DNA of 64,000 nt from Octopus vulgaris (taxonomy: Eukaryota): assembly GCA_951406725.2 (NCBI GenBank), contig OX597832.1:28148001-28212000 (forward strand), read 5' to 3'. The translations under genes and the position numbers were made by a program. This document shows positions 1 through 12,109 of this stretch, piece by piece (position 1 is the stretch's first letter; each line of letters opens with the position of its first letter). The notes beneath the pieces were generated by a model. It worked only from the letters and a program-made list of their open reading frames with translations, was not told the DNA's origin and made no database searches.

Positions 1-295
1 GGGAGTATTGAATGTGGACAAATCATATACTATTCTCTTTTTATACAGATAGCATGGTGTATATATACACACACACACACACATATATATATATTGGTTC
101 AAGTTGAGTAAGTGACATCACAATTTGGAAAATATTCCAGGTAAGTACAAAGGATGAGAACAGTCTCTAAAGGCCAGAAGATACAGGGGCCATAATGCCA
201 TGACTATAGCAATCAAAATTAGGACATTGGAGTCTGAAGACATCACTGTATAATAATAATAATAATAATAATGATGATGATGATGATGATGATAA

Positions 296-1042
296 ACCTT
301 TCTACTGAAATCACAAAGCCTTAAATTTTGGGGAAAGGATTAAGTTGATTACATTGACCCCAGTGTGTAACTGGTGCTTAGTTAATCGACCCCGAAAGGA
401 TGAAAGGCAAAGTAGACCTCGGCGGAATTTATAATAATAAGCCTTTCTACTAAAGGCATAAGACCTGAACATTAAGGGGAGGGGGACTAATCGATTACAT
501 CGACCCCGGTGTTCAACTGGTACTTAATTTATCGATGCTGAAAGAATGAAAGTCAAAGTCAACCTCGGCAGAATTTGAACTCGGAACATAAAGTTGGACA
601 AAATACTGCTAAGCATCTTGTCTGGTGTGCTAACAATTTTGCCAGCTCGACACCTTAATAATAATAATAATGATTTCAAATTTTGGCACAAGGGCAGTAA
701 GTTCAAGGGAGGGGATAAGTCAACCTCGGTAGTATTTGAACACAGAACGTAAAGATGGACAAAATGTCGCTAAGCATTCTGCCCGGCGTGCCAAAGATTC
801 TGCCAGCTCACAGCCTTAATAATAATAATAATCCTTTCTACTGTAGGCACAAGGCCTGAAATTTTGTGGAGAGGGATTAAGTCGATTACATTGACCCCAG
901 TGCATAACTGGTACTTATTTCATCAACCGTTGAAAGGATGAAAGGCAAAGTCGACCCTGGTTGTATTTGAACTCAGTGTGTGAAGAACAGAATACTAGGA
1001 AGCATTTCACCTGGCATGCTAACGATTCTGCCAGTTGGCCAT
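296..1042 (-). mobile_element. Cluster of four same-orientation copies/fragments of tRNA-headed SINE family A, separated by (AAT)n
   Basis: Repeated body (rc) ...gagctggcagaatcgttagc...gagttcaaattccgccgaggtcgactttgcctttcatcctttcggggtcgat...agtaccag with A/B-box-like motifs; central part resembles the Meta-SINE domain (from recall). Confidence 0.85.
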
Positions 1043-1094
1043 ATTAATTAATAATAATAATGTGTATAATTTTCAACAACGAGTGACTGCAGTC

Positions 1095-1550
1095 ATCATC
1101 ATCATCATCGTTTAACGTCCGCTTTCCATGCTAGCATGGGTTGGATGGTTTGACTGAGGTCTGGCGAACCAGCGGCTGCACCAGGCTCCAATCTGATCTG
1201 GCAATGTTTCTTCAGCAGGATGCCCTTCCTAATGCTAACCACTCCGAGAGTGTAGTGGGTACTTTTTACTTGCCACTGGTATGGAAGCCAGTCAGGCAGG
1301 CCTGGCATCGATCATGTTCAGATAGAGTTTTTCACAAGCCACTGTCACAGCGGCCAATCAGTGGGTACAGGCATCGGCCACATTCAGTTGGTGCTTTTCA
1401 CGTGACACCAGCATGGGAGCCAGTCAATGGGTACTGGCATCGGCCAGGTTCAGCCGGTGATTTTTACATGCCACCAGCACAAGAACCAGTCAAGGGATAC
1501 TGGCATCGGCCATGTTTATCTGGTGCTTTTTATGTGCCACCAGCACGGAA
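1095..1550 (-). mobile_element. SINE with V-domain-like motif, (GAT)n tail and internal ~55-60 bp tandem repeats
   Basis: rc ggttagcattaggaagggcatcc...catggaaagcggacgttaaacgatgatg; related copies at 4746-4864, 12503-12845, 16671-16843, 40335-40780, 60855-60945, 63075-63358. Confidence 0.75.
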
Positions 1551-1564
1551 AATTGAATAGAAGA

Positions 1565-1885
1565 GTCTCAATTGATTATTATGTGTGGCCTGCAGTTGAA
1601 CAAGAGACTAACAAAAATTCCTTGTAACACCAAAGATGAACTGAAAGCAAGGATTATGGCAGCATTCACCATCTTAAACAAGGAGACTGTTCAGAAGAGT
1701 TGCAGAAGATTCCGAAGTCGTCTGGAGGCCTTGGTTGAAACCAATGGCGATTTTATTGAATAAATTTACTCTTTAGTATTTCAAGATATTTTTCTATAAT
1801 TTTGGTAAATAGATCTTTAAAATGAGATGTCAGAGTTTATTTCATTTCAGCATAATTTAGACGACAATATACTCACCACACCCTG
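1565..1885 (+). mobile_element. Tc1/mariner-superfamily transposon 3' fragment (transposase C-terminus plus right TIR)
   Basis: Frameshifted DYYVW..VE.ETNK / NTKDELKARIMAAFTILNKETVQKSCRRFRSRLEALVETNGDFIE*, a typical IS630-Tc1-mariner C-terminus; ends ...cacaccctg followed by TA. Confidence 0.85.
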
Positions 1886-1889
1886 TATG

Positions 1890-1968
<79 letters not shown>

Positions 1969-1977
1969 CATCATCAT

Positions 1978-2405
1978 TAAGGCACCAAACTGGCAGAATT
2001 TTTAGCAGACCGAGCAAAAAGCTTAGAAGTATTTTGCCCATCACTATGTTTTGAGTTTAAATTCCACCGAGGTCGATTTTGCGTTTCATCCTCACAGGGT
2101 CGATAAATTAAGTACCAGTTGCATACTGGGGTCGATGTAATCAACTTAACCCCTCCCTCCAAATTACAGGCCTTGTGCTTTTAGCAGAAAGGATTATTAC
2201 TACTACTACTACTGCTACTACTCCAAAGGTAGTGAGCTGGCAGAATCATTATCATTCCAGATAAAATGCTGAGACATATTTCATCCGTCTTTACATTGTA
2301 AGGTCAACTTTGCCTTTCGTCCTTCTGGAGTCAAGTACGGGGGGAGGGGGGGGACAATGAAATCGACTAGACCCCTCCCTCCACTGAAATTTCACCCCAT
2401 GTGCC
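1978..2405 (+). mobile_element. Two tandem SINE family A copies
   Basis: Same head (ctggcagaat) and gcctttc-tcct...agtac body as family A. Confidence 0.8.
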
Positions 2406-2888
2406 TTATTATTATTATTATTATTATTATTTGATAGCTGAGAACTTGTGAGAGCAACGCAAATTCTATGAGAGCCTACAGCTTCATAGCAAAGAACTTG
2501 AATTAAACAGACTTAAAAACATTTAGATGTGTGTACACAAAAACACACACATATATATATTACAGAAATATTGAACATTTTAGGTCTGAGGGAATTCATT
2601 TGACAAAACCATTTGCTACCACATGTAGAGATTTTTGAAACCCATTTCACTAATTGATGTATGAGAATATAAAACCCTGCTTACGTAGACACACAGACAC
2701 ATTTACATCTGAACAATATATACTGTAACATAACAGTACAAACAAGTAGATGTCTACGCACGCAACATACATACATGAATATATTTGCTCGTTAGCTTCT
2801 GAATAAATGTGTGAGGAAACGGTCATATTTCAAATTCATAATATATTCTCATATATAAAATGTATGCAAGCATAATCACTCACACAGC

Positions 2889-3300
2889 CAACTGTTGTTG
2901 ACGAGGTACAAGGTTCAATTGAGAGCCACAATGGAATACTGTCTCCAGTTGTGGGTCAGAGCTACAGCCACACATTTATTTCTTTATTGGCCACAAGGGG
3001 CTAAACATAGAGGGGACAAACAGGGACAGACAAAGGGGTTAAGTTGATTATATCGATCCCGGTGCGTAACTGGTACTTATTTAATCGACCCCGAAAGGAT
3101 GAAAGGCAAAGTCGACCTCGGCAGAATTTGAACTCAGAACGTAACGGCAGATGAAATACCACTAAGCATTTCGCCCGGCGTGCTAACCACTCTGCCAGCA
3201 CGCCGCCTTGGCTGCAGCCACACACACTGACATCCAGGACCATGTCCAGAGAAGGGCCACTCCACTGATGGCACTCCATCTTGAACAGGCATTCAGATGT
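2889..3300 (+). mobile_element. CR1/Zenon-like LINE RT-thumb fragment interrupted by a SINE A insertion (about 2975-3210, minus strand)
   Basis: Removing the SINE and one TSD copy (gctacagccacaca 2961-2974 / gctgcagccacaca 3211-3224) gives QLLLTRYKVQLRATMEYCLQLWVRATATHTDIQDHVQRRATPL, resembling the LYK..VRP.MEYC...W...LDRIQRRA motif. Confidence 0.75.
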
Positions 3301-3412
3301 ACCGTCTCCTGTTTTTTTTTTGTTTTTTTTTATCGTTTCATCTCTATTATAATGACCCTCACCCCTCAGAGTTGGGTGATTTTGCACCAGCCCCACTTGT
3401 CTTCACCTACTC

Positions 3413-3620
3413 TCTCTTTTATTCTTTTACTTGTTTCAGTCATTTGACTGTGGCCATGCTGGAGCACCGCCTTTAGTCGAGCAAATCAACCCCGGGACTT
3501 ATTCTTTATAAGCCCAGTACTTATCCTATCAGTCTCTTTTGCCGAACCGCTAAGTTACGGGGACGTAAACACACCACCATCGGTTGTTAAATGATGCTAG
3601 GGGGACAAACACAGACACAC

Positions 3621-3666
<46 letters not shown>

Positions 3667-3828
3667 GACAGGCTTCTTTCAGTTTCTGTCTACCAAATCC
3701 ACTCACAAGGCATTGGCTGGCCCTGGGCTATAGCAGAAGACACTTGCCCAAGATGCCACACAGTGGGACTGAACTCGGAACCATGTGGTTGGTAAGCAAG
3801 CTACTTACCACACAGCCACTCCTGCGCC
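3413..3828 (-). mobile_element. tRNA-headed SINE family B (CORE-like segment, internal TA/TG microsatellite, gagtaaaa tail)
   Basis: rc ggcgcaggagtggctgtgtggtaagtagcttgc...cttgggcaagtgtcttc...aatgactgaaacaagtaaaaga; highly similar to many other copies in the window. Confidence 0.9.
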
Positions 3829-4198
3829 AATATACATATAGAAAAAATTTAGATTCAGATGAATATGGTACCTAAGTTGAGGCAACAGAATTTAGTATGG
3901 TATTATCCATACAATTTTCAAAATAAGGTGATTAAAATCAAAATAAGCTACAAGGATATCCAGAGGTAATGCAGTACGATTGTTTCAAGCAACTCCATTT
4001 AATTGAAGAACGCAATCATTACATCAATTTAAATGCAGAGCAATCCTCAGCTGCACAAAGACATAGAATTTAATTAAATTAGAACAGATGGACACATTAG
4101 TATAATTTTACCTAAAATCTCCAAGAAGGTAAGGAGATAGACGAAGAACATGCTGTCTTCACTTCAGCTTAGAAGCTTCTAAGCTGAATTGAAGACAG

Positions 4199-5090
4199 TG
4201 AGTGGATTTGGTAGACGGAAACTGAAAGAAGTCCGCCGTATATATGTATATATATGTATGTGTGTATGTATGTGTTTGTGTCAGTTCCACCCACCCCCCA
4301 ACATCGCTTGACAACCGATGCTGGTGTGTTTACGACCCCATAACTTAGTGGTTCGGCAAAAGAGACCGATAGAATAAGTACTAGGCTTAAACAAAGAATA
4401 AGACCTGGGGTCGATTTGCTCGACTAAAGGTGGTGCTCCAGCATGGCCGCAGTCAAATTACTGAGACAAGCAAAAGAGTATCTAACAAAAACTACATCAG
4501 TTAAGCAAATGACCTTCACTAAATGCCTTAAAAAACCCCAATAACATATTCAGAACACTATAGGTGCAGGAGTGGCTGTGTGGTAAGTAGCTTGTTTACC
4601 AACCACATGGTTCCGGGTTCAGTCCCACTGCGTGGCACCTTGGGCAAGTGTCTTCTACTATAGCCTCGGGCCGACCAAAGCCTTGTGAGTGGATTTGGTA
4701 GACGGAAACTGAAAAGAAGCCCGTCGTATATATGTGTCGATATATAGAAACACTGCCACATCTGACTGGCCTGGTGCAGCCTTCGGGCTTCCCAGACCCC
4801 AGTTGAACCGTCCAACCCATGCTAGCATGGAAAGCGGACGTTAAACGATGATGATGATGATGATATATATGCGTGTGTCTGTGTTTGTCCCCCTAGCATT
4901 GCTTGACAACCGATGCTGGTGTGTTTACGTCCCCGTTACTTAGTGGTTCGGCCAAAGAGACCGATAGAATAAGTACTGGGCTTACAAAAAGAATAAGTCC
5001 TGGGGTCGAGTTGCTCGATTAAAGGCGGTGCTCCAGCATGGCCGCAGTCAAATGACGGAAACAAGTAAAAGAGTAAAGAGAAAGAGAGTA
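4199..5090 (+). mobile_element. Two SINE B copies (5'-truncated 4199-4479; full 4562-5090 with a V-like SINE tail nested at about 4746-4864)
   Basis: Direct similarity to family B; the nested piece sits in the internal microsatellite. Confidence 0.88.
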
Positions 5091-6163
5091 TTCATGAGAC
5101 CACCACTGCTGAGGCGCTTCCGAAAAAACAAAGAAAAGCCAATGGAAAACCGATTATAACAGCGAGTCCATCAATTCCCCGGGATATTCCGAAATATCTT
5201 AGACTATGGATAATTAAATTACATTACGCCAGTTCTTATAGTCCATCGTTTGTATTATAGAGCTTTGTTGTGTTATTCAAAACATTTTATTCTTTACAAA
5301 CAACACACAATGCTTCAAGCGAACTACAATACTCTCCAATTTCAGAAAACTATCACCATTCCATTTGGGCACGTAAAAGACAAATTTGGCTGGGGCAAAA
5401 TGAGTAAGCCAAGATGAGGCAAATTTGACCCTTCAATTCTTCAGAAGAAATGCAACAAAGAATTTAAAATATCTAGATCACCTAAAAGAGGACCAGGGGG
5501 AAAGATTGGCACGATATGAAACTCAAAATATTCTCTATAGCTCCTTCACGATCTGTTGGAGTGGGTCTCTTCCCTATAAATTTTCGAACCATGTAGTTAA
5601 AGAAATCGGTGAAATTACTTATTTTGCCCCACTTTAGAGGATTTTTGGGGGTTTTTTTCGCGAATTGAAAACTCAAGTTGGACAAAGTCGAGATGTGTGG
5701 ATTATCGGAAACTCCTCTTATCCCACTCCCAAAAACAAATTTACATCAAAATTTCTGTATAATGTTAATCTACACGTTCTGAAACGTACTTGTAGAAAAT
5801 TTCATTAAAATATATTCATTTTTCATACAGTTATGAGGAAACTAAATTGGGGGGTGGACACACATTTGATACATATTTTGCGAATCAAAAAAAACTATGT
5901 CCGAATGCTATAATATTTTAATATTTATAGAAAAAATATTCACACGCATCTTACCTGAAGTCTGTAGTTTACCAATTCCATAATATGGTCTGCTGTCTTC
6001 ATACAAGCAGTAATTCCATACGTCTAAATATCGTAGAGACCAATGTTGCTGTTGCCATTGTCTTTAAGCAGCAGAGGTCTGGGCTGCTTGTCTGGGTAAG
6101 ATATTGACTTCACGACCACGAGGTTCCGGATTTGATACAATTGCGAGATACTTTGGTCAAGCA

Positions 6164-7254
6164 ACCACCACGACTTCGTTGCCTCAGAACTTCCAGGAAA
6201 ATGGATATTTTTTAACGAAATTTTCTACAAATATGCTTCAGATGGTGTAGATTCGGATTATATTAGAATATGTAGTGAAAACATTTTCCCGAAGGTCGGG
6301 GTGAGAAGTTCCGAAAAGTTTGCAGGAGACGGCTTTCTTTACTAACTTACAGAAAAAATGGGTAGTTTTTTTTTTGCGGAGGTAAAGAATACGCACACCA
6401 ACCGTTTCCGGCGTAACAAAAACCCTAATCCTACCCCCACCTCACCCCCCAGGTGTGCGTATTCTTTACCTTCGCCAGTTTTTTTAATTGAAATTTTCTA
6501 TAACTACCTTTCAGAGTGTGTAGATTACAGTTATATCGGAATTGAATAAAAGAAAGGAAAATTGGTCAGCTCGTACGTCGCATATATCTACAAAATGAAA
6601 CTTGGAATTTCGAAAAATATTGCGATGTGTGTCAGTATGTACCGAGATCGTGCTCGATTTTTTCCCATCAAATTTTGATATCATCATAATTTACACATTC
6701 TGAAAAGTATTTGTAGAAAATTTGAGTTAAAAAATACCTCTTTCTCTCAAAGTTAAGAGGAAACAAAACGTGACTCGTGTGAATTTTCCGAATTTCTTCC
6801 CACCCATAGAAAAAAAAAATTCATGGTGCCGACATTTTGGTTTACATTTGAAATTCATCTATTTTCTCGACTTCCGGTTGGTTTTGTATATAAACCAAAA
6901 GAAAAAAATATTATTATTTAAACACTTTTAGTCCTGAGCAAATTAAAATAAGTTGTGATGAGAGCAAAAGAATTTTATACACAGGTTATTCGAGATGAAG
7001 AATCTGTAATAGAATTTCTCTGACGCCGTGAACTCCTTAACTCACCCCTCTCATTATAATTGCAAGTTTATAGCAAATTTTTGAATGTAGATCACAAGCT
7101 AATAAAGGTTTAAGTTGCTGTAGATCACATACTACACTGGCATCAAATTTTTCGCAACAAATCCAAATAGAGTCGGATTCTACACTCTCTGAAAATTTTA
7201 TTGAAAAATATCAATTTTTCTGGAAGTTCTGCAGAAACGAAGTCGGATGGTGGT
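6164..7254. mobile_element. Degenerate inverted-repeat element with repeated internal motifs, possibly a Merlin-like non-autonomous derivative
   Basis: 6164-6225 is the diverged reverse complement of 7191-7254; related motifs at about 5755-5845, 6480-6530, 6665-6770; short ORF remnant at 6958. Confidence 0.5.
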
Positions 7255-8611
7255 GGGGTATACGTCTGTAGGAATGCCAACATAGCATTGGAATAAAATA
7301 AGGATTAATGACCCCCAGAATAAGGGCTGGGAGGAGTCAGAAAGAAGACAAAGGTGGAACGTACAGAAATTGAAACATCTCCCTCCATCCTACTGATTCC
7401 CCAGAATATCAGACAAGGTCTATGACAAAAAAAGATGGACCAGGTCACAAAATAGGAACAGAAGACTAGCTTCTACGTAGCAACCAGTATCCAACCTTCT
7501 GATTCTCTATTTCAGTCTTATGGGGCTTAACGTACATCTAATTTTTAAAACTTATTACACTCACCGAGTTAAAGACATTCCAGTGGTGACCATCCAGTCT
7601 TTTTCGTAGACATGGTGGCAGAGGTAAAGAATACGCACACCACCCGTTTTCCATCAGGTGTGCGTATTTTTTTACCTTCTCTGACATCGTTTACCTAGGA
7701 CGACATTATCCACCTTTTTCACTTTTAAGACAATAAAACAAGATTTGAGGGTCATTTAGTTGCCATTTCTAGCTGGTAAATAGAAAGAGGGAGGAATTGT
7801 CGCCAAGGCTGAAATTTAAAATGAATCCATTAAGACCAAACTTGGCAAATCCAGATAAATTACCTTAAGGGTTAATATAACTACTACCTCGTTAATTAAA
7901 GCATTATGACATTTTAATTAACGCTACTTAATGTAATCACATATTAATGAATTTGTAAAATTAAAGATACATTATTCATCCGCCACAGGAACTTACTCCC
8001 TTTTTCAATTAGCCACCACGTCACACTTTATACTAAAGCAAAGGTACCCCCAAAACTAATATAGCCCCTTCTGTCCTCTTATCTGTTTCCTCGTGTTATA
8101 TATTTGAAGGGGTTTAAATACAGGAATTGCTGCAATACTAATATTCAGCAAAAATCTCGTCTCTCCTTCGTTCAGCATCAAGACGGCTCCCATAATTACC
8201 TTTTTCTCTGCTAAAGAGCTGTATAGACTACCTGGAAGCTAACACTGGAGTTTTCACCAATGTTTCCATGTTTTTTTGTTTTTCTTCAGCACAACACTTC
8301 TTTGAGATTTTGTTTTGGGATGAACTTGAGGATTTACTGTCCTACAGATATTTCAGTTTTTGCAGCAAACGAACTTTTCGACACTTCTTCACTCCATAAA
8401 AATATTGCGTGCAAAGCAGGGGTTTTCCAGGTCAAAATGTGAAAGTCTTTTCATACGCGAAAAGTGAAAGTTTTACTAAAACTTTAAAAAAAAAATTTTA
8501 TATCACAAATGATAAACAGATCTAAAATCTCTTAATAACTGTTCAATGTATTTCCATCAATCGGAAAGGTGTCACTGACACCACCGCTTTAAGAGTTTCA
8601 ATAAAATAGAT

Positions 8612-8960
8612 GTAAGTGTGGCTGTGTAGGTAAGAAGCTTGCTTCCAAACTACATGGTGTTGGGTTCAGTTCCATTGTGTAGCTCTTTGACCAAGTATCT
8701 TCTTCTATAACCCCAGGCTGACCAAAGCCTTGTGAGAGGATTTGCTAGGAGGAAACTGAAAGAAGCCTGTCGTCTATATGAGTGTGTATCTAGATATGTT
8801 GAGTCTGTGTTTGTCTCCCCACCTCCACCACTGGTATTGGTTTGCTTGTGTCCCCGTAGCTTAACGGGTTCGGTAAAAAGAAATAAAATTATATTGGGAT
8901 CGATTTGACGAAAGCCTTCAAGGCTGCAGTCTAACGTCTGAAACAAGTAAAAGAAAAGAT
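8612..8960 (+). mobile_element. Diverged SINE B copy
   Basis: tggctgtgtaggtaagaagcttgc...gaaacaagtaaaag. Confidence 0.8.
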
Positions 8961-9904
8961 ATAAATACCGTGCACAGACACCATGGTTCTTCCTCAGTCG
9001 TTGTTACCCTCACATTCGCCAATAACAAACAAGATTGTTGTCTTGTAGAAAACATAGTTCGTCTTGAAGAAAATGTTTCTATTTACATTGAGAAAACCTG
9101 GCAACTAATTCTTGTGGTACATCTCCAATGGTATCCATTGGAAAGACACAGAGTTTTCGTATAACTTGACGTCCTCACCATTTCCAAGACAAATTCTGAA
9201 GCATGAAAGAAGGCCATAATTTTGCAGAAATATAAACGTCTTGGGTATCTGCTGCTTGCTCTAATTTTCATCTATTAACCACTATATTTTTGATTAGTTA
9301 ATGGCCATGCTTCGTTAATTACCAAAGTAATCCCAAAATATCAAATAATCACAAGATACGATAATATACGCAATGGACAGTTCAGAATGATTTGGGTCTA
9401 AGTTACAAGTAAATAAAACGGGCAATTAAGTTTTAATGGGTCAAAAGGTGTTGAGAAACCCTGGTTTATCCAGGTAGCTGACCATTACTGTTAGCTGTTT
9501 TACTTTCGTATCTTGTTTTCATTTTGTAAGAAAACATTTTCAGTTTCTAAACTGGAAAATACATTGCTATATTTAACGAAATAATACTTTCACTTTCACG
9601 AAAACCTAGAAAAAGAAATACCAACACTTTGAGGTTCATATTGTATACGTGATATCGTATGACTTTACTCGAGGTTTTAATTACATTTAAACTACGTAGA
9701 CGATACGTATAATTAGGAATGAGAGAAAGTAGGAAATAGGTCTGTGTTTCTGTGACGTAGAAACCAGAAACAAATAATATTTGAGTTGTGAGTCAGGACT
9801 CCGTCAATGAAAAGTGTGTTCGCATTGACGGTGGAGCAAGGAAGGGCCTTCGCTGACGTCAAGAAGAGAAATACAAACTACAAAGGGTTGCCGAAGTAGG
9901 AGAA

Positions 9905-9936
<32 letters not shown>

Positions 9937-10239
9937 TATTTCATCCAGGATATTAGATATCGACTGGTGGGGATGGCGTTGTCCTACGAATTGAAAGATC
10001 GTCAAAAATATGAAGTTGGGGAAAACCAGAGGACCATCGGAGATAGAAAGAGATTGATGTGGTGTATATCTGGACAGTCAATCTTGCTTGAGTGGACCAT
10101 GATCAGATGGGTTCCAGCTATGACCTTACCATCTATTTACATTCCAGGAGTTATAATATATTTATGTTTTTAAGGGTGTGATTTAAGGGACAGTTGGATG
10201 AAAATTTTTATCTCATAGAGATTCCTTCATCAATAAAAA

Positions 10240-10640
10240 AAAAATATGAAGGGAGATATCTCCCTAGTGACTTATGGAACAGCATTGTTGTCCCCTGATA
10301 CAGGGCAAGGGACATACTCTTAAAGGACCAGTTACAGAAGCACAAATTTAAGAGGCAAATGATGAAAGTGGCTGAAAGAATTTTCATAGAGCTGATCAAG
10401 GAGAGAGATATGGCCTTTGTGAGAACTGTGAAAGCCATGATTTGGGGTAGTGTTGGCAAATTGTGTATTGACAAGTTCAAGGAGGAATTTAGCATGGAGA
10501 CAGATGTCCCTCAAAGATAGGTTCCCAACCCACTGATGTTCATTATAATTCTCCAGATTATAATAGAGAAGTTGGAAATCCTAGATCCTAACAACCTAAT
10601 TCTGAGAGCTCAGTCTGTCAAAGAATTAGAAGAAAAAAAT
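10240..10640 (+). mobile_element. Degraded RTE-clade LINE reverse transcriptase fragment
   Basis: Frameshifted remnants IVVP.Y.G.G / MKVAERI / PLMFIIILQII.E / LILRAQSVKELEEK resembling RTE GVHQGSVLSPLLFIIVL...YADDLVL. Confidence 0.65.
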
Positions 10641-11079
10641 CTTACATTACGGCGATGTACTTGCATAGCAAGTGACCTGATCTGTGATCGTGTGCTGGAG
10701 CGAAAACAATTGCAGTGTGGAAGGTGTTTATAAGCCATTTAAGAAACACACAAAAACCGTTAGATTCACTTCAACATTTAAATTTAATTTGTCAAAATAT
10801 TGTCGTCGCTTTGAGACTGCGACCTGTTCACTGACAAAATTCCGTGCTGCATCCCTTACATTAAGACATCTAAAATTCCATGAAGCAAAAAGAAATGTCT
10901 TTGAGAAAATAAAACCAGGCTACTTCAGTCAACCAAGAATTGATCATTCTAACATCTATTGCCATACTAAATTCCACTCTGATTTCCATGTAAAAAGCAC
11001 CTGTACTGGTGCCACTTAAGAAGCTCTTGTGCTGGTGCCACATAAAGAACACCTTGTACAAACAATAACTCTGAGCACC

Positions 11080-11415
11080 TTTTCAAACTCCACCTGTGGA
11101 CATGCTTACAAAGTGAGAAAACAGCACAGCTCCCATGACTTTCAGAAACATTTCTTCATGCTAAGAGTTGCTGAAGCATGGAACAGCTGGCATCAGTTGT
11201 TAGTTGTCGGAGCACTGCATCCTTCAAAACTTCCATGCTTCCTGAGATTCGCCAACACTACACCTGACGTTCTACCCTCCATACACACGCAAGCATGTAT
11301 CTGACTCATACACAGTTCACTTCCCAGACATTTGTACATTACTGCAAATGCTTTATATACACTTTTGACAAGTTGTGGTGCACCTGAGCACTGTATACAA
11401 TAATTTCATTATTAT
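11080..11415 (+). mobile_element. CR1-like LINE 3' end
   Basis: TCGHAYKVRKQHSSHDFQKHFFMLRVAEAWN matches the CR1 C-terminal RGH..K...FF..RV...WN.LP pattern; (TTA)n tail. Confidence 0.8.
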
Positions 11416-12109
11416 TATCATTCTGTAAAATGGTTGGCATTAGGAATGGCATCAGTCATAAAAACCAGACAACTGGAGTCTCATGCCATCCTCCTGTCAA
11501 ACTGTCTAACCCATACAAGCATGGAAAAATGGAAGTTAAATTATGACGATGGTAGTGGTGATGATGATGGTTAACAACACACCTATACATAGCATGCACA
11601 ACCCTCACAATGGCCTTATCTTTTTCTTTATCTCTCTCTCACGTTTTCCCTGATAAACTCCATTATAACTCTTTCTATCACCTTCAGGATTAAGTCTTTG
11701 AATTTGTTACAGAAAAAACGTTAGTAGGAATTCTATACCTAAATAGCTATTACAAACTTTAGTTGCAATGGTATTTAAGGTAGGCTTACCGAAACAAAGG
11801 ACTTCTTATGCAAAAGGTAGACAGGAATGGTTTGCAGTAAATGTACCTAAGAATGAGAAACTTTCAATGACCTAAAACACTCGTTAGAGGTAGGTGACTT
11901 AATCAGCAAGGGGGTGGGGAGGGTTGTGAAAACACAGGAGCCAGACTTAAAACAGGGTGGAAATGTTTAGGAAGCTATTACCTCTGTTGGTAGGAGGGGT
12001 CTTCTCTGTCTTGGAGAAGGACAAAATGTCCTTACAACACTTGGGGACAAAATGTCACAGTATACAGTGTGGGCCAAAAGTCACGCATCAAAACAGCTGA
12101 CATTTTATT

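Noticed and set aside
3591-3875. Recurrent peptide RGYSRRHLPKVPRSGTEP in many ORFs
   Set aside because: Antisense translation of SINE family B, not a protein family.
5940-6100. Exon-like segment with GTAAG donors on both strands
   Set aside because: No convincing acceptor, partner exon or recognisable peptide.
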